A stretch of DNA of 63,275 nucleotides, the filler included, from Asterionella formosa (taxonomy: Eukaryota), in assembly GCA_002256025.1 (NCBI GenBank). It is 9 parts of 9 records of this genome, joined end to end, with 100 filler letters (N's around TTAATTAATTAA, not from the genome) between each part and the next. Parts side by side here need not be neighbours in the genome. Positions count along the whole stretch, not along the records: positions 1 to 18,516 come from NKIB01003998.1; 8 more parts are not named here. One strand, written 5' to 3'. The notes below the pieces were generated by a model. The model made no database searches and was not told the DNA's origin. It saw nothing but the letters and a program-made list of their open reading frames with translations. Positions 1 to 12,903 of this stretch are shown here, piece by piece. The translations under genes and the position numbers were made by a program. The first letter of the stretch is position 1. Each line of letters opens with the position of its first letter.

Positions 1-700
1 CATTTTCTTGCCTCTCGTATAACAACTAGAACAGAACTAATAATTGGGTAATTCCAAATGACCAATGCATACCGGTAGGTCCTAAATCGGCTGCAGTAAA
101 AACGAATGACCCATCGGATAATAAACTGAAAATGCCTTTTTATTATGCTCCAGAAAAAATGGAAGTTGGAACCCCTGGTACCAGGGTACCTGCTACTGGT
201 ACTTAAACTAATTCCAGTCATACATAGATGCTCCATAGCTAACATAGAAAGAGTCGAACTAGATTTTTTTGTCACCCAGCAGCTGTATGCAATGTATCGC
301 AATGTTAAGCAAACGGAAAAGTCATACCTACCATCCGAATTTATATTTATGTCCTTACCCTGCCAGTGGAACATTTTTAATGAAAAAGAATTTTACAGGT
401 TCGCTCCTGGTACAGTATAAGCAACACCGGTAATTTGTTAACCCTCCAGAAAAAATGGACGAAGCAAACAAGCGCGGAACAACAGCCAAATATTATGTTG
501 GCTACAGAAAAAGGAAGATCCGAATAATCGAGATATTTAGCTTTATTTATTCTAGAGGGAAAAAGTGTTTTGCCGGACCTACCACAGGTACATACCTGTA
601 ACAAGGTGCCGGTATGTGTATATGTATAGGCTTAGGGTTAGGGTGATGGCAAGTAGCTCAGAACTCAACTATCGGTTTGTAACAGTTACCCGGTACCTGG

Positions 701-874
701 TGAGCGATCTTGCGCATCAATACAGATGTATATATAGGGTTAGTGTTATATCATATATGTATCAGAACTCAATAAATGAGAGAACTCGACTAACCCTCAC
801 TGTATACTTTGGTGTCGACTTAGAGAACGAGTTACACACAAGGATTAACAAATAAGCTCATATATTCAACAAAT
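701..874 (+). repeat. 5' LTR of gypsy element
   Basis: TGAGCGATCT...TTCAACAAAT; differs from the 3' copy by 2 substitutions and 2 small indels. Confidence 0.92.
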
Positions 875-3308
875 CCTACTACTTCTAGTTAGATACTTCA
901 GCACTTTGAATTCAAAAAGAGTCCAATTAGAATTAATATTGTTGATGTCCTCTCAAGTTCCAGTGGTCCCATTGATGAAGGATAACAACAAACTAAACAT
1001 CAAGATTCAAACTTCTTTGTGTATCCTTACAAGCCAGGTCGACATTTGGAGTCTTACAGCAAAGAAATGATCAATTGACGCTCAGGGTAAGCTTGTTTAT
1101 TGATTTCAGTAAATCCTGTGATATGGCTAACACATATATCTTCAGTCCAGCAGATTCCTTGCTTGTTCATCTACTGCTACAAAAGATGACTCACAGATAT
1201 CGTCTTGTCTGACTGGATGAGCGTTGCAATACACTCAGATGCTCAGTCCCACCATTACAGTCTCAACAAGAAAGTCATAGTGATGTGGCTGGAAGATTAC
1301 CCTCTTCGTGATATCTCTGAGAGTCAATAACAGTGGCTGGATGCCATGATATTACTCAATAAAACATTTCAACATGTTTATATTCGACTTCGACTTTGCT
1401 GCCTGTCTCAAGACCACAAAGAAGCTCCTAAAACTCATGATAACTCATCCAGAAGATCAAGAGGTTTTCGCCAAGGAAGATTTGAGGTTGATTGTCATTT
1501 TGCTTGATCGACAATGCGTGGCAACAAGTGTTTGAATGGAACAATGAAAAGAACACAAAATAATTAATTCGCTTGGTTTTGACTTACTTCGAGAGTCAAC
1601 AATCATTCAAAGATCAACTCAAGCACATCCTCAAGCATGAGTTCTACCCTAAGCCAAAATCGACTTCGCATCGCTGAAGGCAATCGTGTTATGTCGAGAG
1701 AACGCGCGTGCCTGGTGTCGATTTTCTAACACAAAATCGTAAATAAATAGTTGAACTTGAAGACAATTCCATGACGCATCAAGAAAATAAGTGTGACTGC
1801 TGTCAATTTTAACAAAAGATCGTCTTCGCATTGCTAAATACAGTCCTGTGATGTATCAAGAGTACAACCACCATTTCAAGCGTAAATTTGTAAATGATAA
1901 TTTTGTACTCAGTGGAAATGGCAGGGCACATGCATTTTAATGCAACCGACCACGCATGGGATATGAAACAACGGTCAAACATAAGGTTCATGGAGTTAAC
2001 ATTACTAACACTACTAACCTTGTTCCTGTTCGGAATCCTGTTCCTGTTCCTCTCCTGGTGTAGAAATTCTACGCGGAGCAAATTATCATACTAACACAGC
2101 TAACTCTATTCATGTTTTTTCTTCCGTACATGTTTAATACAAGCAAATCCATGGGTTTAACCCTATGATGATGTCTGGTTAGGGTACTGTGCTGAGGGCC
2201 ATACCTGCCGACTATTATGAATCTGCCCAGGAAATCTTAGTGGTCATGAACCCTCCTGTTGGTCAGTTAGTGGCCGATGTGCCTAATTAAAAACCAGCAG
2301 AATGCTGGACAGATCGCCTTAACAGAAGTATGTGCGACAATAGCAACAATGCTATGATTTAAATAAAATACATATATATATTTATATTTATGAGCGACAG
2401 CACATTGAATATGTCTTACGTCAATCATTACCTGAATAAATTTTGTTATTTACAGGATAATTACAGGTTGGATATCACCGCTATTGTAACACGGGATATT
2501 TTAAAATGCAAATGTAGATTCAATAAATCATTCCATATGCACATCTCAAGGCCTGATTCCGGTCTCATTCTTTCTTTGCCTAAGAATGCATAAGCTTAAT
2601 TGCATTTCATTCTCATGTCATAAGCAACCCAAGTATGGGTGGCTGCGTTGTATATGCATGACATAAGATGAAGATTATTTGATTGCGGTGGGTCTTGATT
2701 TTTAACTTATGAATGGATTGTAATTCAGGACATTTCGTTGTAAAATCGAACATTTATAATTAATATATACCATGATGCATAGCAGGTATGATCCCACCTT
2801 TTCATCCTTTGCCAGTACTCCGCATGATGCTCCCAAAATTTATTCCGTCAGCTTGTATCTTGCAACAGAAGTACCTGGTCTTAGTACCTTCTGCGAGTTT
2901 GCTCATTTGTCCAGCTAATTAATTTATGATGGATAATTTACAAATACCATGTCCTGTCTGTATGGTGGATATATCAGTGTCTTTCTGCATGTCATGCATT
3001 CCTATAATGATACGCACAGAACATTTGCACAATGGTTTGTTATAATTTGATACACCTATCAAGGATTATGTTTACACATGGAACATTCAAGCTCCTAACT
3101 ATACAGATACGGAAATATGCTGTTATGGCTGAAGTCCTCCAGCACCATTCTATATGAAATGGTCTGTTGAAGAAACTGACTCAATGGGATATCGATAAAA
3201 TCCAACCGACTTCAAATTTTGGTCTTCAAATCTTAAAACAGGATTGAAATGGAACTAGACCATTTGTATGGTTATCTAGTATGCATACATCAACAAACTT
3301 GTGCATCA

Positions 3309-4940
3309 ATGAAAGCATTGTTGGTTGCAGATACACTCATGAGTTATCCTGATCGTAATTTTCCTTTCCATATTTTTTACTAATGTTTCTGATTTTCAAA
3401 TAAGAAACTTTCAAAGAATTTTTTCGCTCTATGTCATTGAATGCGGTTCTACATGTTCACACTGAACATCATATTTTTTTCTTTATTACCCTACACAGAA
3501 ACTCAGCGTGTTCTCCGGTGGAGGAATTATATTGAAGAATATCTTCTCACTTTTCACAATATGAAGGGTACTGATCATGTGAAATATTACAGATTCTATC
3601 TCTCGCCTCCCGAGGCTTGAGTCTTTGGTGGGGGATGATATTGGACCGAAATCTTCAGCATCAACATCCATTTCTACTTTCTCAATTGAAGTAGATGATG
3701 AACCTTTGTTTACCTGTTCCCTCAATCATCCAATTTTGGCAGACAATATTCAATATCCTCTGGAATATTACTTCATACATGATAGACAATTGCTGGATAT
3801 ACAATTGATTCTCAATCAAACAAATCATCTCATTCTCAATCAACAAACACATCCGTTAAAATTTCCCTCTATCAATTTTCATCATATACATTTAAAATAT
3901 TTTGTGAAGAATCCAGGAGATACTTGACGTATTGTTATTCCTAAATCACTATCGAATCCTATTATTTATTGGTATCATCAGATGTTAGCTCATGTGGGTA
4001 TGACAAGATGAAATGCCACAGTTTCTACACATTTTTACTATCCTCCATTAAAAGCAAGAGTGGAACATATTGCAAGCATATATGAAACATGTCAAAACGT
4101 ACAAAATTACCTGATGCTTGGTTTTGGTGAACTTCCAGCACCAAGGAATGCATTGTTATTACAATGCTCAGAAGTCACAGTGGATTTCATTGGTCCATGG
4201 AAGATAACAGTGACTGCACAAGCGATTGAATTTCATGCTCCAACTTGAGTTAACACAGTCACCAATTAACCAGAAATTTCACATATCAATAATAAGACAT
4301 CAGATTATATTGCGATGAAATTTAGAAAATGATTGATTAGACGGATATCTCCGTCCAGAAGGTTGTAAACATGACAATGGATGTCAATTTACTGGTATTC
4401 CTTTCACACACATGTAAGTGTTGAATGGAATCAAAATTGGGACCATTACAGTCAAGAATCCACAAACAAATGCTATCCGTGAACGTTTACATCAATCTAT
4501 CAGTAAAAGTCTATGTACAAGTCATGTTAAAGGCTCATCCTCCAATCTAGGAATTTCAAGTTCAGAATATTGTGGATACCAGTTTGCTGCATCATATGCA
4601 GCTCGAGCTACTATTTATAGTACATTGTGTATTTTCACCAGGAACATGGATTTTCCAACATGATTTGATTACAGATATGTAATTGATATTGGGATATCAA
4701 TGTCGATAAGTGATTATTGACAAATGACTACGTCGTGATAATTTCCGTCGTCGTTCTTGCGATTACAAGGTTGTTGATGAGGTTTTAATCCTATTGGATA
4801 ATCCTTCTACCTTGCTGGATAACCATGGACGAGGTCCTTTTCTATTATTCAAGTATATGCCAATGGTACAGTTACTTTTCAACAAACTATGCATACTACG
4901 GAACGAATTACTATTCATTACATCAAACCTTTTCAAAGGT
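3309..4940 (+). pseudogene. Gypsy pol remnant (RNase H junction and integrase), many stops and frameshifts
   Basis: Fragments MKALLVADTLMSYPDRNFPFHI, VDFIGPWKI, NGIK..ITVKNPQTNAIRERLHQ, a GPF..ANGTV (GPY/F) motif and terminal ERITIHYIKPF. Confidence 0.85.
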
Positions 4941-4967
4941 AAAAGGTTTTCCCTTGGTGTGGGAGAG

Positions 4968-5138
4968 TGAGCGATCTTGCGCATCAATACAGATGTATAT
5001 AGGGTTAGTGTTATATCATATATGTATCAGAACTCAATAATGAGAGAACTCGACTAACCCTCATTGTATACTTTGGTGTCGACTTAGAGAACAAGTTACA
5101 CACAAGGATTAACAAATAAGCTCATATATTCAACAAAT
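4968..5138 (+). repeat. 3' LTR of gypsy element
   Basis: Direct repeat of 701-874, preceded by a polypurine tract. Confidence 0.92.
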
Positions 5139-5140
5139 AA

Positions 5141-8100
5141 CCTGGTTCGATGTTCTCCTTCCATAATGACTTCACCGTCATTCCCGTCATTCTTGTTCAA
5201 TGTCTTTCCTGGTACGCCCGGCGTTGCGTACGACTTAATTTTCATACCGGTCAACTTCTCGTATTCGTGTAGAAGTTGCATACGAAATTTCTTCATCTGC
5301 ACCTCCCAGTATTCACCATACTTGTCCTCTGTCCAAGCATATTCCACTCCTAGGTGTTTCTGTAGAATACCCTGCTCGGTAATATTGAAAGTCTTCCTTG
5401 ATAACATTTTTCATATACTCCACTGCACTTGGAGTCCCACATACAATACCGTCATCCCCGTAATTAACAAGTAGACCATCAATTTGTCCATCGTTGTTCC
5501 GGTGCATAAATAACATAGGGTCAATCTTGCTCTTCGTCATACTTGGTTTATTGGTGACACATTTCGCAAACATCCTGGACCAGCATCATGGAGCTTGTAC
5601 TATCCCGTACATAGCCTTCACAAGCTTGCAAACATGTGTATTGGAATCGACTCCGATCAAACCTTGAGGGGGCTCAATATAAATGTCCTCATCGACGTCA
5701 GCATTTAGAAATTCTGCTTCCACATCAATAGCCTCTGCTCGCCAACCGTTGTACATCGTCACTGCTAGTACCGTTTTGATTGTTGCATCGCTTGCAACTG
5801 GAGCAAATGTCTCAGTAAAATCAACACCTGGTATTTGCTCGTATCCCTCCTTCACGACCAATCTTGCCTTGTAAATAGTCTTCCCGGTTAACACATCTTC
5901 TTTAATTCGAAACACCCATCTCGTTTTTAGTGTTCGCTTCTTAACAGTGTCACGTTTGACAACTTTCCACACTCCTCTCGACTGGAAGTTTTCATATTCT
6001 TTGTTGATCGCCTTGATCCACTCTTTCTTGTCTGGTCTTGCCATTGCTTCATCGTAGCTTGTTGGTAATCCTGGATCAGAAGCCAGACTTGCGTTGTACA
6101 CGAAATTCACCTGTGTATTCTTCGTAACTTCCTTCATATCATCCTCCTTGATAACACCAGGCATCTCAGTATCTCCTGAAATTTTCACAATTTTCGTACT
6201 CGTAGGATTGAACAATGAGTCCAATCTTCGCATTTCACGTGCCAACTTCGCTTGCTTAGACTGAGCACTTTCCGCACGTTTAGCCTTCACAATTGGGGTA
6301 TTGGTACCTGTATCTTCGTATTTCGTAGTATCATCTATCTTAGTTGATTGTTCAGTTTTCCTCCCCAATTCTTGCTTGTCATCATATTCATCTTCATTAT
6401 CGGACACTTCTCGAGGTTTGAACTCGTCATAAAAAACGTCATGCACTTCTTCATTAACTTCTCGTACTGATATCTCCGTATCATGTTGGTTGGTGAACGG
6501 TTTGAACATGTTCTCTAGTCCATCCGTTGGTATGTTTGTTCCGTGCCACTCACTCCACTTTACGTCACGTGTATTGACCACAGTATGATTTGTCTCGTGA
6601 TAATACATGCGATACGTATCTTGAGAGTGGTCATCTGAGTATCCCAAAAAGACACATTTCTTGACACCTTCTCTTATAGTAACCCAACCAACACGTCCAA
6701 ATTGCCTGTAGAGCTTGTAGGGCCGCCTTGCATTCGTTTCTCCATAGAACACATCATCAGGACTCTTCTTAGTCACTGAATTTACTGTACTGTTTGTCAA
6801 TCTTGTCGCAGTATGTACAGCATCTGCCCACAATAGCCCCTGATATTCATCTGTAAACTTCGCACTTAGCATCATAGCGAGTGCTCTCTGACGCACTGTA
6901 ACAAAACCATGTTCCACAACACCGTTGTGCTGCGGAGTATGAGGTGCCGTAAATTCCATCTTGACACCTTGGTTTTCACATACTTTCTTTAGTTGCTTGG
7001 AGTTCTCACCTGCGTCATCACATCGGACAAATTTAGTCTCATGTCCTGCACCTGCAAGTTTTGTGAGTAACGCTCCAATGACAGTTCCGATGTCACTTTT
7101 CTTCTTGATACCAGCGTTTCCTTGTATAATCGTCCATGGCCATCACCCAATACTGATTTCCCACAGCGGATTTTGCGTAGGGTCCGCTAATATCAATAAA
7201 CAGTCTTTTTCCTGGTGTCTTAGCCTTCTCTTGCATCATCTTGGGTACTGCACGTGCTTTCGCCTTGGCTGCTGCGCATCCTGCGCACACCTTTAAATTT
7301 CCAACAAGTTTCCACCCAAATAATTTCGATGTCTCACAAAGACATATTTCCCCCACATGTCCAAGCATTTCATGCGCTTCATTTATTTCCAGGATCACAT
7401 CATTATTTTCGATTACGTTTCTTTTCTCGATCGTTTCACCTATCGCTTTCGTCGTTTTCTTCTTTTTGTCGACTTTCGTCCATTTCTCGTCTTCTTTATC
7501 ATAGTTGATAGATTGTTGTGTTGGCTTCTCGCTTTCTTGTTCAACCTCCAACACCGTTTCCTTTAGCATAGGCGTTCCTTGCACATGGTACATTGCACCA
7601 ATTGTCCTCGTTTCATCACGTTTGCAGATCAAAAATCCGTTGTTGTTTCTGATCGTCATCTTATCATCGTCAAACATAAAATTATTTCCCTTGTCAATTA
7701 TTCTCGAAATGCTAATGATGTTCTGCTTGAACTCCGGTGCATGGAGCACATTCGTGAGTTTCAACGCTTTTCCTTTGTCTGTCGTTGTAAGGGTCACCGT
7801 GCCTGATACGGTCGCAACAATTGCTGTGTAAGGGTCACCGTGCCTGATATGGTCGCAACAATTGCTGTGCCGCCTGTTTCCCACAAGAACAGTTTCATGC
7901 ACTGTGCGCTTGTCATCCATGATGCGCTCGTCATTGCATATATGTACCATAGCACCACTATCTAGTAGCCAACGGTCCTTATGCACGCACGTATGATTTA
8001 CCTCTTCGTTGTACCTTGCTTCAATACACGTCACCACGAACATTCCTTGCGTAGTGGTGTTGGCGTCTTCGCCCTTCTGTTTGATTGGTGCATTTTGTTG

Positions 8101-8777
8101 ATTGTTGCACTCACTGGCATAGTGCCCCATCTTCTGGCAATTACAACACTTCACATTCTTTGTCTTATTCCGTTGCTCGGGAGTTAATTCTCTCTTTTCT
8201 GTAGTATTGCCCTTGCTTCGGCAATCAACTACTGCCTTGTGGCCATACTTGCCACACTTCCTCCTGCAGTCTCCCTCAAACTTGCTTTTTGAAAAGAAGG
8301 CCTGCTCGCCATTCTTACTCGTCTTGGTTTCGTCACGCACATACAAATCGTAATAGTCGCGTACATTCTTCTTGACCTCTTGGATTGTGAGCTCAGAGCT
8401 CGCGATACCAAATTTTCCAACCACCAAACTCTTGTAGACTTCCGGTAGGTTGTTGATAACGTGGGCCACATAGGCACCATCCGAAATTGCGGAGCTTCGC
8501 ATTTCCATTGGGGAAATCTTCACTTCTGGCACAATTTACGTATCCAAATGGTCCACTCGGACATGCCACAATCAAAATTGCATAGGCCACCGATTTTTTT
8601 TTGTTTCGTACGCTTCTCATCGTTGTCGATTATCATAGGCTTCCTTTGCATCTTGCATGTGAGAACAATGGACCACTTGAAGTTGTGAAATTCTTGGTCC
8701 AGCAATGATATCCAGATTCTGTGAAGGTCGGGAATTCTTGTCATTGGAAGCCTTTGTACTTGGCATGCGAAAACCAA
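5141..8777 (-). mobile_element. Ty1/copia gag-pol remnant, truncated at both ends (no LTRs or RNase H seen)
   Basis: ORFs 8393-8620 (gag AYAILIVAC), 7093-8532 (two CCHC knuckles, protease WLLDSGA, GAG-pre-integrase, DISGP), 5586-6959 (integrase TPQHNGVVE; RT YKARLV, QIPGVDFTETFAPV, KAMYGIVQAP), 5313-5573 (YGDD), 5096-5407 (KHLGVEY). Confidence 0.95.
7786..7867. repeat. 41-bp tandem duplication inside copia protease region
   Basis: TGTAAGGGTCACCGTGCCTGATA(C/T)GGTCGCAACAATTGCTG at 7786 and 7827. Confidence 0.95.
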
Positions 8778-10051
8778 TCACCACTCAATGTGGTGGAATT
8801 CTTGGTTGAGGAGTACCCAGCTTCAGTGTTCTTCAAAGGCATGGATGAGATGAATAATGAAACATTTGATTTTTTTTTCATTATGAATTATTCTTAGAGA
8901 CAGTATGTTGTTAAAGTATCATAGCATGTCATCTATTTTTGTTGAATTCTTGCTTCAAGAATGAGTTACTACTACATACACTATGAGTATCATAGTGATA
9001 TGTCTACCATTAGATGTGCTTGCGTAAATAATAGTATTGTTCAAATATTGATATTTTGAACTTTAAGTTGAGCCAGTGCTTACCATGCCGGAAAAAGACT
9101 TGTGAATCAAAGATCCTGTCACTTTTTCCCAAAAAGCCGTTCTTTGTCGGTTCGGAAACTTGAGTTTTCCAGGTTTGATTTCCCGAAACTCAAAATATTT
9201 TTAGTTACATTGGGAAAATTGTCGATTTTCCCAATGAAGACTATTTTCTTAAGAAATTTTAATCACTTCTGGGAAATTGATTTCACACCCAAAGCACTAG
9301 ATAGTGTAACATTAATAATTGAATTTGACTAGCAGATCGAATCTTTTGTCTATTTTTTAATAAACAGCAATTACACATAAATACATACATACATCTGTCT
9401 GTAAAGATGCACATTTTACCGTTCTTGGCTTTACAGCTGCGAATGGGAATCCAATTATGTGTGCCATCATTTTGGGGTCCATTACACTTTTGCATAGAAG
9501 TGTCCGAAAATACATAATGAATTAGTCGGAGGATCTCGGGGTTACTTTTTTTTGGCTAAACTTGTAGCAAATCAATTTTAATTTCTATCAATGATAGGAA
9601 CTTTTCCTAACTAAATTTTCAATGGCTCATTTTACTTAGTATATTGAAAATCGAAAAAAATATATATATTTTTACTACTGTACATGGTTTGACTGGGTCG
9701 AAGTGTAAGTGAACTGGGAGAAAGGAGATGGATCAAGTTCCTATACAGTTCAGTTCCGGCAAAACTACTTCTTTGGGGAAATGTTATTTTCTCCAACACA
9801 ACAACCATTCTCTTAGCGTGTATTCATTCCTTGAAAAGTTCAACTGAAATGAAAATCCATAGGATGTGCTTTAGTTATAATTTACATTGGGCGATCACGA
9901 GAATTGAAAATAATATGAGAAGGTTTATGATATTGATGAGAAATGTTGTTGATCAGTTGATATACATTGTGTGATGATAATGTTATTATTATCATTGTAC
10001 TTCAAGGTTGGTAAAATATTAATAAGTTATAATAGTTATAGGATACCTTGA

Positions 10052-11683
10052 TCATGGTTTTGATCCAAAAATTATCATATATACGAAAATCCTGTGCCAC
10101 TTAGCGTACAATACCCTTGATCCTATGTGCATGACACTTTTTATTTGCAGACGTTGGAAGAGGTCAAGCCAGAGTTTGTGAGGAGCAAAACGTATGGGGG
10201 GATGGGTTGGGTAGTGCGGAAAGTGAACGCATTTGTTTGGCTGGGTGTCGGTGAAAGGACGAACACTGCTGTGGGCGAGGATGCGGGAGTTATCAGTAGT
10301 GAGGATTTTGTACATTACCTTATCACCAATGTTGTGGGCAACTCCCGTCTACCAGTAGCCGGGTTTTTCTTTAGAGTTAGGATATATTTCCATGGGGTAA
10401 TGGTACTAAACCTTAGAGTCAAAGGTGAAAAGGAGAATAGCCGAGATATGTGGTGTGTTGGCATGGCGTATAGTGGTAGGTACTTCCCAACAACAAAGTG
10501 ACTTGTCAGTGCTAATGTTATGAATGTCTGTAAGGTATTTGGTAGCAAGGAGCCAAGTGTTGGGCGGTGCTCCGTATAGTGGTAGGTACTTCCCAACAAC
10601 AAAGTGACTTGTTTTCATGGCATGCATTTCTTCAGGGTTTTGCTGAGGATGCTAGGGCTCTGTGTATTCGTCCCTGATGAGGTATGTGCGGTTGAAGTCT
10701 TGAAACTTCAGGCCGGTTTGAACTCTGCAATTATCGCGGCAAAGGATGGTGGGGGTACCTTGGTCGTGTAGGAAGTCATTATAACACCGGGGGCATGGTT
10801 CTCACTTGGTAAATCATAAACATTCTAGGTAAACCATACATTTTGATGATATGGAAAGTGAGGCCATTAAAGACTTGGGCATAGGTGGCACCCGTAACTT
10901 CATGGCAGTTGGCAAAAAATGTGTCAGTGGCAGCCTTTTGCGGTAGTCATGGTCGGTTATGTTGGATAAAGCGAGCTTTAACGTGGCAATGGAGGGGAAA
11001 ATGTAAATGGGCTTTAGCCAGATGGGTGGTGTGGAGAAGGGTCTGTTTAATGACTTCGAAGGATTGGTACCCAAGATATGGTTGTAAATGGGCCAAGGAA
11101 GGGTTGATAGCTTTGGTGGTCATCATGGCGGTGGTGCAAGTAGGTGCAGCGAGCGCAGTAAGGAAATCCCATGTAGGGAGGGACATGGGGATTCCATAGG
11201 TTGAGATCGTGGTCTCGGAGGGGTCATAGGGACGTGAAATATGATGAACATGTGCAATAGAGTCCTCGGTATGAAGGGGGTAAGGGATCGCATATGGTTC
11301 ACTATGATGAGAGTTTGGGTTCCAATGTTGATCAGCCGTGATAGTAATAGCCAGGAGGGAAGTTAATTCCAGTGGGGTAGGGAGTGAGGCGATCTTCAAA
11401 GGTCATCAGTCCGCCATTGAGCGTTAACAGGATCAAAGTTTAGTAGAGAAGTTGGCACAGCATGGCACCGTGATACATGGATGGGGACTGAAGGCCCATG
11501 AAGAAGGTTTGGACAGCAAGGTCTTGGTCATGCATGGCGGAGTCCATGATGACGTGGTTGGGGACAGGAGGGAGCACGGTTGGTGTGGCTTAACATCGAT
11601 GATGCCGACGAACAGGTGCTAGTATGGTAGCAGAGGGGGTACCATTGTCTATGCCTTGTGTATAGCTGATCCATTTCTCCTTA
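10052..11683 (-). mobile_element. Decayed diatom-type copia (CoDi6-like) integrase-region remnant
   Basis: Fragments LQPYLGYQSFEVIKQTLLHTT..HFPLHCHVKARF, ATDTFFANC and YKILTTDNSRILAHSSVRP resemble the integrase region of divergent diatom copia elements; 40-bp internal duplication (10467-10506, 10573-10612); 34-bp LTR-like stub at 11650-11683. Confidence 0.7.
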
Positions 11684-11934
11684 TTAGTTGTTATGTTCAT
11701 AGTTACCCTAGTACTCATTACAAATACAAGAATAAAAGACTATGCTGTTTGATAGTTTAAGTATCAGAATAAATAATATATATGCAAACACCGCAGGATT
11801 GCCTTTTTTGGTATACCACCATCCTCCTCCTCCGATCAGCAACACCACTCACTCTGAACTACAATAAATATAAGCGTATGCACCTATTCATCCTACCAGG
11901 TACTACTTTTGATGGAAAAACATGCCATGCACCT

Positions 11935-12903
11935 TTACTGCTTGATGCCTTTGACAAAATCCTCACAGGCCTTGGTATCTTTGTTGGTGAAGAACATGTT
12001 GAATTTGCCAATGTTGGACTTGTTGCAGTCGGCCGCAACAGTTGGGAAGCACTTTCCTCGAATAGTGCACTTTGCTGGGTCCTTGACAAGGAAGCGAATG
12101 GAAGTCTTGACCAACACTTGTCCCGTTGTCTTGTTCTTGATAGAGAACGCAACGTCATAGATGCCTTCAGTGTAGACAAGTGGATTGAAGCCCACAAAAC
12201 CTGCATAGAAGAGAGGAGGGATGCCCCCCAAGAAGCCGTAGTTGAAGGAATTCTGTACCACATGCCATTTTCCACCAGTAATTGCAGTATAGTAGTCTCC
12301 TGATGTGGCTGCTTTATATTTGGTTGCTTGAACCGTATCAAATTTCCCGAAATCATGGTCAGCGATAGGCACATTGATGGGGTCGACTGTAATCCATCTT
12401 GTCTTGATGGTCGGATCTACATCCATTGCCACTTCATACGCATATGTGGCAAGGGGAGTGCACGTGGTGCTGCTGCTGGGGCAATCAACATCGGAATCAA
12501 ACTCATAGTCAAAGTTCCACTCGGGCAATCCTGTCGGGGTGGTGCCATCTTGTTTAAATCCTGTGCCCACGTTGAAAATGTAGTAATCATCATGTGGGAT
12601 GAACTGGGGGTATTCGGGCTGGTAACGTTTCTTGCCACGCAGACCTATCTTGAGTTTCCTTCCATTGACATTGTTAGTGCTGCTGATACCAACTGTCCAT
12701 GTATTAGGATCACCAACGTTATTACCTGTTGCATAGTACACACCAGGGTTTGTGAGTGCCTGGTCAAAAGTAACTTTGTAGGGCGCTGGAGCAGGTGGCG
12801 ACTTGAGGCCACGAATGGAGTGTTCTTCCTCTTGGGCCGTAGAAGGGTCTTGTTTCACAAGAAGGAGGATTGGGACGAGAAGAGTGGCAGCAGTGATCTT
12901 CAT
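11935..12903 (-). CDS. Secreted protein, intronless (~322 aa), core resembling bacterial PEP-CTERM/VPLPA-CTERM cargo domains
   Basis: ATG at 12903 gives signal peptide MKITAATLLVPILLLV, then an RGL motif, motifs IGLRGKKRY, PEWNFDY, DVDP, DPIN..DHDFG, VVQNSFNYGF, GIYDV, KTSIRFLV, and a Cys-containing tail. Confidence 0.85.
   Translation of the reverse strand: MKITAATLLVPILLLVKQDPSTAQEEEHSIRGLKSPPAPAPYKVTFDQALTNPGVYYATGNNVGDPNTWTVGISSTNNVNGRKLKIGLRGKKRYQPEYPQFIPHDDYYIFNVGTGFKQDGTTPTGLPEWNFDYEFDSDVDCPSSSTTCTPLATYAYEVAMDVDPTIKTRWITVDPINVPIADHDFGKFDTVQATKYKAATSGDYYTAITGGKWHVVQNSFNYGFLGGIPPLFYAGFVGFNPLVYTEGIYDVAFSIKNKTTGQVLVKTSIRFLVKDPAKCTIRGKCFPTVAADCNKSNIGKFNMFFTNKDTKACEDFVKGIKQ

Larger units (their letters stand above)
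701..5140 (+). mobile_element. Degenerate Ty3/gypsy LTR retrotransposon with both LTRs
   Basis: ~170-bp direct repeats at 701-874 and 4968-5138 starting TG; purine tract (GTGTGGGAGAG) before the 3' LTR; CCTGG at 696-700 and 5141-5145 (possible TSD); RNase H remnants precede integrase remnants (gypsy order). Confidence 0.9.

Noticed and set aside
632..644. TTAGGG telomere-like repeats (also ~14298-14309)
   Set aside because: Only two units each; not a telomeric array.
841..877. Self-priming PBS for the gypsy element (AATCCT pairing with AGGATT)
   Set aside because: Only 6 bp of complementarity; too weak without the family consensus.
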